From Mobula hypostoma (taxonomy: Eukaryota), in the NCBI RefSeq assembly GCF_963921235.1, contig NC_086104.1, positions 12,772,001 through 12,836,000 of the forward strand: a DNA stretch of 64,000 bases, given 5' to 3'. A program made the position numbers and the translations under genes. The first letter of the stretch is position 1. Each line of letters starts with the position of its first letter. Shown here piece after piece: positions 37,533 to 51,765 of the stretch. The notes under the pieces were generated by a model. That model saw only the letters and a list, made by a program, of their open reading frames with translations, did no database searches and was not told where the DNA came from.

Positions 37533-37907
37533 TCACTTGGAGCTGGTGTACTTGGTCACCGCCTTTGTCCCTTCCGACACGGCGTGCTTGGCCAGCTCCC
37601 CAGGCAGCAGCAGGCGCACGGCAGTCTGGATCTCCCGGGAGCTGATGGTCGATCGCTTGTTATAATGGGCCAGCCGGGAAGCCTCGCCCGCGATGCGCTC
37701 GAAAATATCGCTCACGAACGAGTTCATGATGCTCATGGCCTTGGAGGAGATGCCGGTATCGGGGTGAACCTGCTTCATCACTTTGTAGATATAGATGGAG
37801 TAACTCTCCTTCCTCACCCTCCTGCGTTTCTTGCCAGACTTGCCCGCTGGTTTGGGCAAAGCTTTCTTGGCGCCCTTCTTGGGAGCGGATTTCTGCTGCT
37901 CGGGCAT
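37533..37907 (-). CDS. H2B: Replication-dependent histone H2B, 124 aa (copy 2)
   Basis: [12 protein letters not shown]...TKYTSSK; ATG at 37907. Confidence 0.98.
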   Translation of the reverse strand: MPEQQKSAPKKGAKKALPKPAGKSGKKRRRVRKESYSIYIYKVMKQVHPDTGISSKAMSIMNSFVSDIFERIAGEASRLAHYNKRSTISSREIQTAVRLLLPGELAKHAVSEGTKAVTKYTSSK

Positions 37908-37957
37908 TTCTTCACTCGGATTCAAACGCTGAAATGAACTAACATCGCTGGGAGAGC

Positions 37958-38025
37958 GGATTAAATAGGCAGCGCGCACAGCGGTATGCTAATGAGGGAT
38001 GGAGAACTCAAGCATTTCATTGGTT
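37958..38025 (-). promoter_or_regulatory. H2B promoter (copy 2)
   Basis: TATTTAA at 37961-37967, ATTAGCAT at 37986-37993, CCAAT at 38019-38023 (all minus strand). Confidence 0.8.
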
Positions 38026-38074
38026 TATTGAGAAACGAATCCCCTATCAGATTTATTCCGAGAAATCCTATGAT

Positions 38075-39410
38075 CGGATATCAGAGCGAACAAACGATTG
38101 TCGCCAAATTTGCGGACGATGCAAAGATAGGTGGAGGGACAGAGTTTTGAGGAAATTGGTTTTAAATAGCGACAGACTGAGACAGAATAGGCGGATGAGC
38201 AAAGAATTGGCAGATGGAAAGCAGTGTCGGAAACTGTATGGACATGCACTTTGCTAGAAGAAATTAAAAGTGCTGACTACTTTATAAACGGAGAGAAAAT
38301 TCAAAAATCTGAGACGCAGAGGGACTTGGAATCCTCGTGCAGAATTCCTTAAAGGATAATTTGCAGGTTGAGTCAGTGGTGGGGAAGACAAATATGATGT
38401 TAGACCATAAGATAGAGTGGAATTAGGCCATTTGATTCATTGACTCTGCTTCAGCATTTCATCATGGCTGATCCAATCTTCCTCTTAGCCCCAATCTCCT
38501 GCCTCACCCCTCAACCCCCCCCCCGCTCCACCCTGTATCCCTTCATGCCCTGATCAATCAAAAATCTATCAAACTCTACCTGAAATATACAGAAAGACTT
38601 GGTAATGAATTCCACAAATTCACCAACCTCTTGTTAAAGAAATTCCTCCTTATCTCCTTTGTAAAAGAACACCTCTCTATTCTGAGGCTGTGTCCTCTGG
38701 CTTAGGCTCCCCCACCATAGGAAACATCCTCTCCATATCCACTCTATCAAGGCCTTTCACCGTTCAACAGGTTTCAATGAGGTCACCCCTCATTCTTCTG
38801 AATTCCAGTGAATATACAGGCCCAGAGCTATCAAATGCTCTTCATTTGACAAGTCATTCAATCCTGGAATCATTTCTGTGAACCTCCTTTGAATTCTCTT
38901 TAGTTTCAGCACATCCTTTCTAAGATAAAGGGCCTAAAACTGTTCACAATATTCCAAGTGAGGCCTCACCAGTGCTTTATAACATCTCAACATTGCATCC
39001 TTGCTTTCATATTCTAGTCCTCTTAAAATGAATGCTATCATTGCATTTGCCTTCTGACTCACTACAGACTCAACCAGCAAATTAACTTTTAGAAAAACCC
39101 GCACAAGGACTCCCAAATCCATTTGCAACTCTATATATATTTCTCTCCACTTAGGAAACAGTCCATTCTTTCATTTCTTCTACCATACACTTCCTGACAC
39201 TGTATTCCATCTGCAACTTCTTTGCCCATTCTCCTTACCTGTCAGTCGCCTGTAGCCTCTCTACTTCCTCAAAACTACCTGCCCCTCCATCTATCTTTGA
39301 AACAAAACATTCAGTTTTGTAAACCAAATCATTAATATATAACATAAAAAGAACTGGTCCCAACACAGACTTCCGTGGAACACTACTAGTCACTGGCAGC
39401 CAAGCCAGAA
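38075..39410. mobile_element. CR1 fragments (plus strand 38075-38400; minus strand 38400-39410)
   Basis: KFADDAKIGG (plus strand); [15 protein letters not shown] and a CR1 3' UTR (minus strand). Confidence 0.75.
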
Positions 39411-39411
39411 A

Positions 39412-40384
39412 CAACTTCTTCATGTGCCTTGCGTGTTACACGCTTGGGCGATCATGGCTGTCCACATCGAACGATCCCTCGTAGCGTCAATGATATCTCA
39501 CACACTTAGATCTGTTAGTTCTTTCACAGTGTCCACATATTTTTTTAATTTGCCTTCCTCTACCACGTTTCCCAGGCATACGACCTTGTAATGTAAGGCA
39601 TTCTATTTCTCCCTTTCTGATGACATGGCCCAGGAATTTAAGTTTCCTCTCATTTAATGTTCTCATTAAAGATATTTTTATATAGGCACATTGGAGTACT
39701 GTCTCATTAGTTACCCTATCTCTATATGATATTTTCAGCATTCTTCTAAGAAACCATATTTCTGTTGCTTCTAAGTTTCTTTGGAGTTCTGGTGTTATAG
39801 TCCATGTTTCGGAAGCATACAGCAAGATTGACCAGATGTAACATTTTAGGAGCCTAAGCCTTGTTGTCATAGAAATGTGTCTATTGGTAAAAATGGGTTT
39901 CATTTTTTGGAATTAGGTTTTGGCAATGGCAATTCTTCTTTTTATTTCTACTTTACTTCTAGCATCTTGTGATATAAAACTATCAAGGTAATTAAAGCTG
40001 GTCTTTTGTTCAATCTCTTAGTTACCAATGTACAATTGGCAGTTGGGAGTATCCTGCTGTTTTGATATCACCATACCTTTGTTTTTTTTTACAGTTGATG
40101 GTTAGACCAAAATCTGCACTTGTTTGTACTACTTTGTCTAGGAGGATTTGTAGGTCTTCTGCAGCACTTGCTATTAGGGTGGTATTGTCTGCATATCTTT
40201 TATTGTTGATGTTAACACCTCCAATTTTTATCCCATCTAGGTCTTCTACTTCTCTGAGAATCATTTCACTATCGATATTAAATAATTCCGGTGAGGCATC
40301 GCATCCCTGTCTAACTCCTCTTTGAATTTCAGTCCAACTGCTTATATCATCATCAATTTTTACCGCTGCCATTTGATTCCATTT
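39412..40384 (-). mobile_element. RTE-clade LINE, 5'-truncated
   Basis: QRGVRQGCDASPELFN..GGVNINNKRYADNTTLIA; CYIWSILLYASETWT..GKRGRGR. Confidence 0.88.
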
Positions 40385-40798
40385 GACCAGAAGTGCACTG
40401 AGAGCGGTAAGTATAAAGGAGTTGGGGGCTTGCTGTTCTGGTTAACAACGGATGGTGCAATCCTGGTCATATTACGATTGAGGAACGTGCTTGTAGCCCA
40501 GATATTGAACTTTTTGCTGTTGGACTCCGGCCACATTCCACCGAGATACAACACTGGGCGTCATGGGAGGTTGTTCCTGCCTGTGGCCATCGAACTTTGC
40601 AGCTCCTCCCATGGAGGGTCAGACACCCTGAGCCAATAGACTGGTCCTGGACTTATTTCCATCTGGCATAGTTTGCATATTGTTGTTTGATTGTTTGTGG
40701 TTTTTGTATTGCTATATTTATGCTCTATTCTTGGTTGGTGCGGCTGTAATGAAACCCAATTTCCCTCAGGATCAATAAAGTATATCTATCTATCTATC
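40385..40798 (+). mobile_element. 5'-truncated copy of the bipartite Rex-derived element
   Basis: Same endonuclease-to-3'-end junction as 7585-8555; (TATC)n tail. Confidence 0.72.
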
Positions 40799-41257
40799 AA
40801 AGGTTGGGTGACGTCTAGTATATGATTCCAAGCAGAAAAGCCTCCCTTTATTCCAACTCTCTGCCTCCTGCCAGTCAGCCACTGCTTTATCCACATGCAA
40901 AGATCTTTCCTATAATACCATGAGCTCATCGCTTATTAAGCAGCCTCATGTGTGCCTCCTTCTCAAAGGCCTTCTGAAAATCCATGTACACAACGTCCAT
41001 CCTTTATCTATCCTGCTTGTTATTTCTTCAAAAATTGTAACAGATTTGTCAGACAAGGCTTTCCCTTGAGGAAACCATGCTGACTATGGCCTATTTTATC
41101 ATGTGCCTCCAAGTACCCTGAGACCACATCTTTAGCAATCAACTCCAACATTGTCCCAATGACTGAGGTCAAACTAACCAGCATATAGTTTCCTCTCGCC
41201 TCTCTTCCTTCTTGAAGAATGGAGTGAGATTTGCAAATATCCAGTCTTCTAGAACCA

Positions 41258-42325
41258 TTCAGAATCAGAATCAGGTTCATTATCATCGGCATGTGACGTG
41301 AAATTTATTAACTTAGCAGCAGCAGTTCAATGCAATACGTAATCTAGCAGAGAAAAAATAATAATAAATAAACAAGTCAATTATGTATATTGAATAGATT
41401 CAAAAACATGCAAAAACAGAAATACTGTATATTTTTTAAAAAGTGAGGTAGTGTCCAAAGCTTCAATGACCATTTGGGAATCGGATGGCAGAGGGGAAGA
41501 AGTTGTTCCTGAATCGCTGAGTGTGTGCCTTCAGGCTTCTGTACCTCCTACCTGATGGTAACAGTGAGAAAAGGGCATGCCCTGGGTGCTGGAGGTCCTT
41601 AATAATGGATGCTGCCTTTCTGAGACACTGCTCCCTAAAGATGTCCTAGGTACTTTGTAGGCTAGTACCCAAGATGGAGCCGACTAGATTTACAACCTTC
41701 TGCAGCTTCTTTCGGTCCTGTGCAGTAGCCCCTCCATACCAGACAGTGATGCAGCCTGTCAGAATGCTCTCCACAGTACAACTATAGAAGTTTTTCAGTG
41801 TATTTGTTGACATACAAAATCTCCTCAAACTCCTAATGAAGTGTAGTCACTGTCTTGCCTTCTTTATAACTGCATCGATATGTTGGGACCAGGTTAGATC
41901 CTCAGAGATCTTGACACCCAGGAACTTGAAGCTGCTCACTCTCTCCACTTCTGATCCCTCTATGAGGATTGGTACATGTTCCTTCATCCTACCCTTCCTG
42001 AAGTCCACAATCAGCTCTTTCGTCTTACTGACGTTGAGTGCCAGGTTGTTGCTGCGGCACCACTCCACTAGTTGGCATATCTCACTCCTGTACACCCTCT
42101 CGTCACCACCTGAGATTCTACCAACAATGGTTGTATTGTCAGCAAATTTTTAGATGGTATTTGAGCTATACGTAGCCACACAGTCATGTATATAGAGAGA
42201 AGAGCAGTGGGCTAAGCACACACCCCTGAGGTGCGCCAGTGTTGATCGTCAGAGAGGAGGATATGTTTTCACCGATCCACACAGATTGTGGTCTTCCAGT
42301 TGGGAAGTCAAGGATCCAATTGCAC
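41258..42325 (-). mobile_element. Rex1/Babar LINE 3' fragment
   Basis: [28 protein letters not shown]; WCRSNNLALNVSKTKELIVDFR; (GATTCT)n tail. Confidence 0.85.
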
Positions 42326-45300
42326 CAGTGGTGTGGCCTCACTTGGAGTACTGTGAGCAATTCTGGGCCCCTTATCAAAGAAAGGATGTGCTGTCATTGG
42401 AGATGGTTCAAGGGAGGTTTACAAAAATGATTCTGGGATTGAAAGGCTTGTCATATGATGGGCACTGTGTCTATACTCTCTGGAATTTAGAAGAATGACC
42501 TAATAGAAACCTACCAAATATTGAAAGGCCTCTGTGGAGAGGATGTTTCCTCCGAACAGAAATCACAGCCTCAAAACACAGGGGTATTCCTTCAGAACAG
42601 AGATGAGGAGCAAATTCTTTAGCCAGATAATGGTGAATCTCTAAAATTTGTCCCAGGTGACTGTGGAGTCAATTGAGTACATTTAAGGCAGATGTTGATA
42701 GATTCTTAATTAACCATGAGAAGCATTTGACGGCTTTGGGAGTTCAGAAGAATGAGAGGGTTCTCATTGAATCCTATCAAATATTGAGTGACCTAGATAG
42801 AATTAACTTACAGAGAATGTTTCCTATAGAGCCTAGGACTAGAGAGAACAGCTCCAGAATACAAAGAGATCCCTTTAGAACAGAGATGATGAAGAATTTG
42901 TTTTACCAGATGGCGGGGAATATGTGGAATTCATTGCCATAGATGACTGTGGAGGCCAACTTATAGAGTATAGTTGAAATGAAGATTGATAGATTCTTGA
43001 CCAGTAAGGGCATCAAAGGTTACGGGAAGAGGGCAAGAAAATGGCGTTGATAAATAGCCATAATGGAATGGCAGAGCAGACTTGATGTGCCAAATGGCCT
43101 AACTCTGTTCTGATGTCTTGTGGTCTATGACATCTGGCAAGTGTTTTCAGATGTGAAATGGCAATTCTGAACCGAACCTGAATCACAGAAGGATGCTCAG
43201 CAGCTGTGTCAGGGCTTCATTACAATCACCGCCTACAAAAGCAAAATCAAATGACATATCTGAGAAGGCTTCGCTCCCAGATGAGCTCAATGCCTTTTAT
43301 GCTTGCTTTGTCCAGCAAACCATGGGGGCATCTCCACGAACTCCTACAACTACCAACAATGCTGTTAATTCAGTCCCCAAGGCCAATGTCTATGCATCCT
43401 TCAAGAGGGAAAACTTCTGCAAATGTATTATTTTTGACAATTGCATTCTCATCCAAATCACCAATGCAGCTAAGAAATGACAGAGCACAGAGCTCCAATC
43501 TAAACAGGAAGTGAGGATTCAAAAGGGACTGGACTAAGTGTGTAAATGTAGGAAGGGACCATGTTGAAAAATAAATGTGCTAGGTTTTCTAAAATTGACT
43601 CCTTCTACCTTAGGCCACAAACTTATCAATCACCCCTCATATGTATATATCTCTCTCCATGATTTAATATATAAACCCATCGCTTCCTGAGCTCTAGCAA
43701 AACAGACCAGCTTGTCCTACCTGCCTTGTAACTCAAGCCCTCCAGTCCTAGAGTAGCATCTTTGTGAATGTTTCCTGTACCCTCTCCAGCTACATCACCC
43801 CGTTCCTGTAGCTAGGTGACCAGAACTGTCCACAATACCCCAAGTGCAATTTCCTCACTGTCTTGTACAGTTGTAACATAACATCCCCACTCCTGTACTC
43901 TCTGGCCTGACTAATGAAGGCAAATGAAGTCAAGCACTTTCTTCACTAACTTGTCCACCAATGTTGGCACTTTCTGGAATTCTATCCAGACGACTTCCTG
44001 TTTTGCAATAATCTCCAGGGCCCTGCCACTTACTGTCTAATGTTACATCCTGGCTTAACTGCCTAAAATGCAATATTTGGCATTTTTCTGAATTAAATTA
44101 CAACTGTCATTTTCTTGCCAACTTTTGCAGTTGATGTATGTCCTATTATAACTTGGACAACCTTCTTCACTGTAAACTATACCAACAATTTTGGTGTCAT
44201 CTGCAAATTTAGTAATCACTCAATATGTATTCTCATCCAAATTATCAATATATTTGACAAACAAAATACACAACATCTATCCCAGCAGCACGCCTGGTCA
44301 CAGGCCACCAGTGTAAAAAAGTAATGTGAGTGCACAAAAGAGGCCGCGGATGGAGGAGTGCAGAGCCGTGAGAGTTTACCAGGATGGTAGGAGGTTACAG
44401 AAAGAATGAGGGGCTGAGGGGCTGAGGGGCTGAGGACCAAGGATGGATGTGAGCCTGAGTCAGGGAGCTGGCATAGCAAGGTACTGTTCCTTGGGTGGCA
44501 TTTGAGGTGCAATCAGGCCCATCAAATTTCACAGGTCCACATCCACACGGCAATGTCACCCCCACAACAGAGCTGACCTCTGAACACAACCTACGGACTC
44601 ACTTTGAAGGACTCTAAAACTCACATTTTCAGTATTAATTAATATTTGTATTTACACAATTTGTCTTCGTTGGCATATTGGTTCCCTGTCAATAAATTTT
44701 CTTTGAACATTGTTCGCTAAATATTGAAAGACAACAGAATGTTATCTGATGAGGGGCTTTTGACTGATACGTTAAGTCCAAAATAAATTATCAAAGTTGG
44801 TACTGTATGTGTCACCATACACATTAACTTACATATTTTTGCAGTTTGCACGATGTTCGCTTGTCTGTCTGTTTGTGTATAATTTTTCACTGATTCTACT
44901 GTATTTTTCGTTCCAGTGCAATGCCTGTAAACACAACAGAATCAGTGAAAACTCACAACAAAGACGGACAAACAACCAATGTGCAAAAGACAACAAACTG
45001 TGCAATTACAGAAAAGAGAACAAAAAGTAATAATGATAAATAAACAATAAATATTGAGAACATCAGTTGTAGAGTCCATAGAAGAGTAGTTAAACCCTCT
45101 GGTTGAGGGGTACTGACTGTTCCTGAACCTGTAGGTGGGGAGGGCTTTACCTGTGATGGACTGGGCTGTATCCACCACTTTCTGTTTTCTTTTCCGTTCA
45201 AGAGCTTTGGTGTTTCCCTATCAGGCCATGATACTCCCCACTACCCATCTTTACAAATTTGTCAAATTTCTAGGTGACATACTGAATCTGCTAAACTTCT

Positions 45301-45889
45301 AAGAAAGTAGAGGCGCTGTCGTACCTTCCTTTGTAATTACACTTACGTACTGAACCCGGGACAGATCCTCTGAAATGATAACACCGAGGAATTTAAAGTT
45401 GCTGGCCCTCTCCACCTGGCTCATGGACCTCCAGTTTCCCCCTCCTGAAGTCAATAATCAGCTCCTTCTTTTTGTTAATATTAAGTGAGGGATTATTGAT
45501 GTGACACCATTCGACTAGATTTTCAATCTCCGTACTAAAGGCTTATACATTTGATTCTGTCAACGACAGTTGGTGTCAGCAGCAACCTTAAATATGGCAT
45601 ATTGCATTTGGGCTGTACCTAGCCCTGCAGTCATAAGTGCTATATAAAGTGAGCAGAACTGGGGGCTAATCACGCAACCTTGTGGTGCACATGTGCTGAT
45701 GGAAAATGTGGAGGAGATGTTGCCAAGCCAAACTGACTGGGGTCTGAAGTGAGGAAATCAATATATGCAGCTGAACTGTGCAGATGTTCCAGGATTCACC
45801 AAGGAGCAAATGAAATCTCATCTGCTGTTGTCCTGTTGTGGTGGTAGGCAATTTGGAGTGGATCCAAGTCACTGCTCAGGATGGAATTA

Positions 45890-48520
45890 CATAGAAACAG
45901 AAACATACAGCACAATACAGGCCCTTCAGCACACAAAACTGTGCTGAACATGTCCTTATCTTAGAAATTACCTAGGCTTACCCATAGCCCTCTATTTTTC
46001 TAAGCTCCATGTATCCATCCAGGAGTCTCTTAAAAGATCCTATCATTCCTGCCTCCACCACCGCCACCGGTAGCCCCTTCCACGCACTCACCACTCTCTG
46101 TGTAAAAAAATTTACCCCTGACATCTCCTCTGTACCTACTTCCATGCATCTTAAAACTGTGCCCTCTCGTGCTAGCTATTTCAGCCTTGGGAAAAAGCCT
46201 CTGACTATCCACACAGTCAATGCCTCTCCTTATCTTATACACCTCTATCAGCTCACCTCTCAACATCGGTCTATTCTCATAAAGCATGCTCCCCAAACTA
46301 GGCAACATCCTTGTAAATCTCCTTTGCACCCTTTCTATGGTTTCCACATCCTTCCTGTAGTGAGGCGACAGGAACTGAGCATAGTACTCCAAGTGGGGTC
46401 TGACTAAGGCCCTATATAGCTGCAACATTACATCTGGCCCTTAAACTCAATACCATGATTGATGAAGGCCAATACACCGTATGCCTTCTTCACCACAGAG
46501 TCAACCTGCATAGCAGCTTTGAGTGTCCTATGGACTCAGACCCCAAGATCCCTCTGATCCTCCACACTGCCAAGAGTCTTACCATTAATACTATATTCTG
46601 AAATCATATTTGACCTACCAAAATGAACCACCTCACACTTATCTGGGTTGGACTCCATCTGCCACTTCTCAGTTTTACATCCTATCAATATCCCACTGTA
46701 GCCTCTGACAGCCCTCCACACTACCCACAACACCCCCAACCTTTGTGTCATCAGCAAGTTTACTAACCCATCCCTCCACTTCCTCATCCAGCTCATTTAT
46801 AAAAACCACAAAGAGTAAGGGTCCCAGAACAGATCCCTGAGGCACACCACTGGTCACCGACCTCCATGCAGAATATGACCTGTCTACAACCACTCTTTGC
46901 CTTCTGTGGGCGCACCAGTTCTGGATCCACAAAGCAATGTCCCCTTGAATCCCATGCCTCCTTACTTTCTCAATAAGCCTTGCATGGGGTACCTTATCAA
47001 ATGCCTTGCTGAAATCCATATACACTACATCTACTGCTCTACCATTATCAATGTTTTTTAGTCAGATCCTCAAAAAATTCTATCAGGCTTATAAGACACG
47101 GCCCGCCTTTGACAAAGCCAGGCTGGCTATTCCTAACTATATTATGCCTCTCCAATTGTTCATAAATCCTGCATCCCAGGATCTTCTCAATCAACTTACC
47201 AACCACTGAAGTAAGACTCACTGGTCTATAATTTCCTGGGCTATCTCTACTCACATTCTTGAATAAGAAACATCTGCAACCCTCCAATCCTCCGGAACAT
47301 CTCCCATCCCCATTGATGATGCAAAGATCATCACCAGAGGCTCAGCAATCTCCTCCCCCACCTCTCACAGTAACCTGGGGTATATTCATCTGGTCCCAGT
47401 GACTTATCCAACTTGATGCTTTCCAAAAGCTCCAGCACATCCTCTTCCTTAATATCTACATGTTCAAGCTTTTCAATCCGCTGTAAGTCATCCCTACAAT
47501 CGCCAAGATCCTTTCCCATAGTGAACACTGAAGCAAAGTATTCATTAAGTACCTCTGCTATCTCCTCCAGTTCAACACACACTTTTCCACTGTCACACTT
47601 GATTGGTCCTAATCTCCCACGTTTTATCCTCTTGCTCTTCACATACTTGTAGAATGCCTTGGGGTTTTCCTTAATCCTGTCTGCCAAGGCCTTCGCATGG
47701 CCCCTTCTGGCTCTCCTAATTTCATTCTTAAGCTCCTTCCTGCTAGCCTTATAATCTTCTAGATCTCTGTCGTTACTTAGTTTTTTGAACCTTTCATAAA
47801 CTCTTCTTCTTGACTAGATTTACAACAGCCTTTGGACACCACAGTTCCTGTGCAAATATCCCCTGAACATTTGCCACATTTCTTCTGTACATTTCCCTGC
47901 GAATGTTTCCAATTTATGCTTCCAAGTTCCTGCCTGATCAATTCATATTTCCCCTTACTCCATTTAAACGCTTTCGTAACTTCTCTGTTCTATCCCTCTC
48001 TAATGCTATGGTAAAGGAGATAGAATTGTGATCACTATCTCCAAAATGCTCTCCCACTGAGAGACCTGACACCTGACCAGGTTCATTTCCCAATACCAGA
48101 TCAAGGGCAGCCTCTTCTTTATCTACATATTGTGTCAAGAAGCCTTCCTAAACACACCTAGCAAACTCCACCCCATCTAAACTCTTTACTCTAGGGAGAT
48201 GCCAATCGATATTTGGGAAAATAAAATCTCCCACCACAACAACCCTGTTATTATTACACCTTTCCAGAATCTGTCTCCCTATCTGCTCCTTGATGTCCCT
48301 GTTACTATTGGGCGGTCTATAAAAAACACCCAGTAGAGTTATTGACCCCTTCCTGTACCTAAGTTCCACGCACAGAGACTCCGTAAATTCTTCCTTTACT
48401 GCAGACGTGACACTATCTCTGATCAACAGTGCCATGCCCCCACCTCTTTTGCCTCCCTCCCTGTCCCTTCTTAAACATCTGAAGTCTGGCACTCGAAGTA
48501 ACCATTTCTGCCCCTGAGCC
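45890..48520 (-). mobile_element. CR1 LINE ORF2 from endonuclease to 3' UTR, degenerate
   Basis: [63 protein letters not shown]. Confidence 0.9.
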
Positions 48521-48900
48521 AGGAATGGTTACTTCGAGTGCCGGGCTTTAGTTGATGCTTCATCACCCTCCCAAAGCTCTTCATCACAGTGGATGCAAGT
48601 GCTACCGGACAGTAATCACTGAGGCAGGTCACCACGTTTTTCGTAGGAACCTTTTGCTTGAAACAGGTGGGTACCTTAGACTGCCGAGAGAGAGTGAACA
48701 GCCCAGCCGGTTGATTAGCAGAGGTCTTCAGAACACAGCCAGGGACCCCATCGGGGCCAGATGCTTTTGGTGGGTTCATCCTGAAGGAAGAATTCACGTC
48801 GGCCTCAGACACTGAAATCGGAGTCGTAGGGGACTGTCGGCGTTCGTGAAAGTGTCTCCATGTTTTGTAGGACAAAGAGGGCATAAAAGGCATTAGGCAC
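48520..48900 (-). mobile_element. Rex1/Babar RT N-terminal fragment
   Basis: KASGPDGVPGCVLKTSANQ..CLSDYCPVALASTVMKSF. Confidence 0.75.
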
Positions 48901-49149
48901 ATCTAGGAGTAAAATTTTGTTGTCGATTGCTGCTGCCTGGCCTGTGTTTTTACCTGAATCTCAGAATTCCGGTCTTCGTACTTGTTGTTTTCACCCAGAA
49001 TATTTTTGGTCGAAATGAGCAGAGATCTGAAGACGTTACTCGTCAGTTCCCAGGGCGTTAGGTGGTATTGTTAGTGGGCGACCTTCAATGTGAGACCCGT
49101 GCGTCTGTAGGTTTATCTGGAGTGGTGTGTTTTTGTTGTATTGCGGCGA

Positions 49150-49360
49150 AACCGTTGGAAATAGGCGGTGGTGGAACTGGCAGATGTGAGGCCGCTCTCT
49201 ACTCCGTCCCTCACCGACTCTGACCCCTCCCCTCCCCGCCTCTCTAATGCGGTATCCTCCCCCGAGCGCGGTCTGAAACGCCAAGTCCGCACTGTGATTC
49301 CGGCGGCTGACGAACACGGTCTCTTTTTGAGAGCCACCCGCCGCCTCAAAAGGAAGCAGT
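49150..49360 (+). pseudogene. H4: Decayed histone H4 relic with a degenerate stem-loop
   Basis: 49273-49310 CTGAAACGCCAAGTCCGCACTGTG-ATTC-CGGCGGCTGA resembles LKRQGRTLYGFGG*. It is followed by GGTCTCTTTTTGAGAGCC-ACCC (49318-49339) and AAAAGGAAGCAGT. Confidence 0.72.
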
Positions 49361-49844
49361 CAACCGGAGCAGAAATTTATTGTACTTGATGTATTTATCG
49401 AAACATTGACGGCTCTGGACTCTGAGATGAGATTCTCTCAAATATATAGTGGAAAACTGTGTGTCTGTCTACAGTTACTTTATTACTGTAATCTGAATAG
49501 GCATAATGGACGGCGCAAAAACAAACTGTTCCAGGAGTCTGCTATAGTACTACACAGTCCCGTTCAGTTTAAATTGGTAGGATTAAAACTGACGCACCCA
49601 TTTCTCAGGAGACCGGCGGCCAGTCACTGCTATCCCGGCACAGATGATGCTTAACCCCGCCTCCTACTACTCCCACTCCCCACCCCGTCATGCTTCTCAA
49701 GTGGCTGTTCGAAACAGATTACGGATATGAATCCGAACCCCATCGCAGACGCGGTTGGGGGCCTGTGCTACCGAACATTCACACGATGACTTTCAAGGAA
49801 ATCTACAGTAAATAATCTGGATTTGAGCTCATGGTAACCGCAGA

Positions 49845-49890
49845 ACAGCCCTTTCACAGACACTGTGAGTGGCTCTTAAAAGAGCCTTTG
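49845..49890 (-). terminator. Histone stem-loop and HDE (H2A copy 3)
   Basis: Hairpin at 49871-49886; HDE GAAAGGGCTGT at 49845-49855. Confidence 0.95.
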
Positions 49891-49916
49891 GGTCACCGGG
49901 TTCAGAATCTGTCGCT

Positions 49917-50540
<624 letters not shown>

Positions 50541-51140
50541 ATCCTTTGTTCAAACCTAATCTAAATCCAAATTATTCCAGATCTGTTTGTTCATTTGGTC
50601 TCCGCATTCTCCCCATTACTTTAAATCCGATACTTTTCGTATAGGTATAATGTTGAAACAGTGGCTGGGAAATTAATTGGCCGAACTCATTCAAGTAATA
50701 AAAGCTCAGAATAAAAACTGGATTCCTAGTTTCTGTTCGCGGTCCGTCATTGAGCCAGAGCAGGTTATGAACGGATCACTCTTCTCAGACCGCGACTGGA
50801 GCTTAGCCTGCACTTAAAGCAAATTGTTTCAGATAGAATGAAATTATTCCCTAGAATAAATGCTGCCTGACCCGCTGAATTCCTCCAGCATTTTATATGT
50901 ATTTGTCTGCATTGCGAGCATCGGTAGAATCTCGTGTATTTTGTGACATGATCGTGAACTAGTTCACGTCAGGCACTGAAATGGGATTCAATTAAATTGC
51001 CAAAATGGGACAGAAATTAAGTGATTTTTTTGTAATTTTAAAAATATTTTTCTTAACTTTTGTGGGGAATGTGTGATACAATGTGTAACAGCCGACAGAG
51101 ACGCGATGGAGGGAATTATGTTACCGTGTACACAAGAGCA

Positions 51141-51187
51141 GTAACTCTTTTAACGAATCTGTGAGTGGCTCTTAAAAGAGCCGTTGG
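51141..51187 (-). terminator. Histone stem-loop and HDE (H2B copy 3)
   Basis: Hairpin at 51167-51182; HDE AAAAGAGTTAC at 51141-51151. Confidence 0.95.
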
Positions 51188-51214
51188 GTTTCCGGTGTGT
51201 TTTCTGGGCACTCT

Positions 51215-51589
51215 TCACTTGGAGCTGGTGTACTTGGTCACCGCCTTTGTCCCTTCCGACACGGCGTGCTTGGCCAGCTCCCCAGGCAGCAGCAGGCGCA
51301 CGGCAGTCTGGATCTCCCGGGAGCTGATGGTCGATCGCTTGTTATAATGGGCCAGCCGGGAAGCCTCGCCCGCGATGCGCTCGAAAATATCGCTCACGAA
51401 CGAGTTCATGATGCTCATGGCCTTGGAGGAGATGCCGGTGTCGGGGTGAACCTGCTTCATCACTTTGTAGATATAGATGGAGTAACTCTCCTTCCTCACC
51501 CTCCTGCGTTTCTTGCCAGACTTGCCCGCTGGTTTGGGCAAAGCTTTCTTGGCGCCCTTCTTGGGAGCGGATTTCTGCTGCTCGGGCAT
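51215..51589 (-). CDS. H2B: Replication-dependent histone H2B, 124 aa (copy 3)
   Basis: Protein identical to copy 2. Confidence 0.98.
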   Translation of the reverse strand: MPEQQKSAPKKGAKKALPKPAGKSGKKRRRVRKESYSIYIYKVMKQVHPDTGISSKAMSIMNSFVSDIFERIAGEASRLAHYNKRSTISSREIQTAVRLLLPGELAKHAVSEGTKAVTKYTSSK

Positions 51590-51639
51590 TTCTTCAATCG
51601 ATTTTAAACGCTGAAATGAGCAAAACCCGCTCGGAGTGC

Positions 51640-51765
51640 GGATTAAATAGACAACGTCCGCAAGGTATGCTAATGAGGGATGGACATCCGAGCATTTCCA
51701 TTGGTTGATTGAGGAAACGAATCACTTATCAGATGTATTCCGATGAATTGTTTGATTGGATATCA
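51640..51765 (-). promoter_or_regulatory. H2B promoter (copy 3)
   Basis: TATTTAA at 51643-51649, ATTAGCAT at 51667-51674, CCAAT at about 51700 and 51755. Confidence 0.8.

Noticed and set aside
49110-49130. AAACACA (H1-box-like) on the minus strand
   Set aside because: A 7-mer with no H1 coding remnant, CCAAT or TATA in the proper positions; chance is likely.
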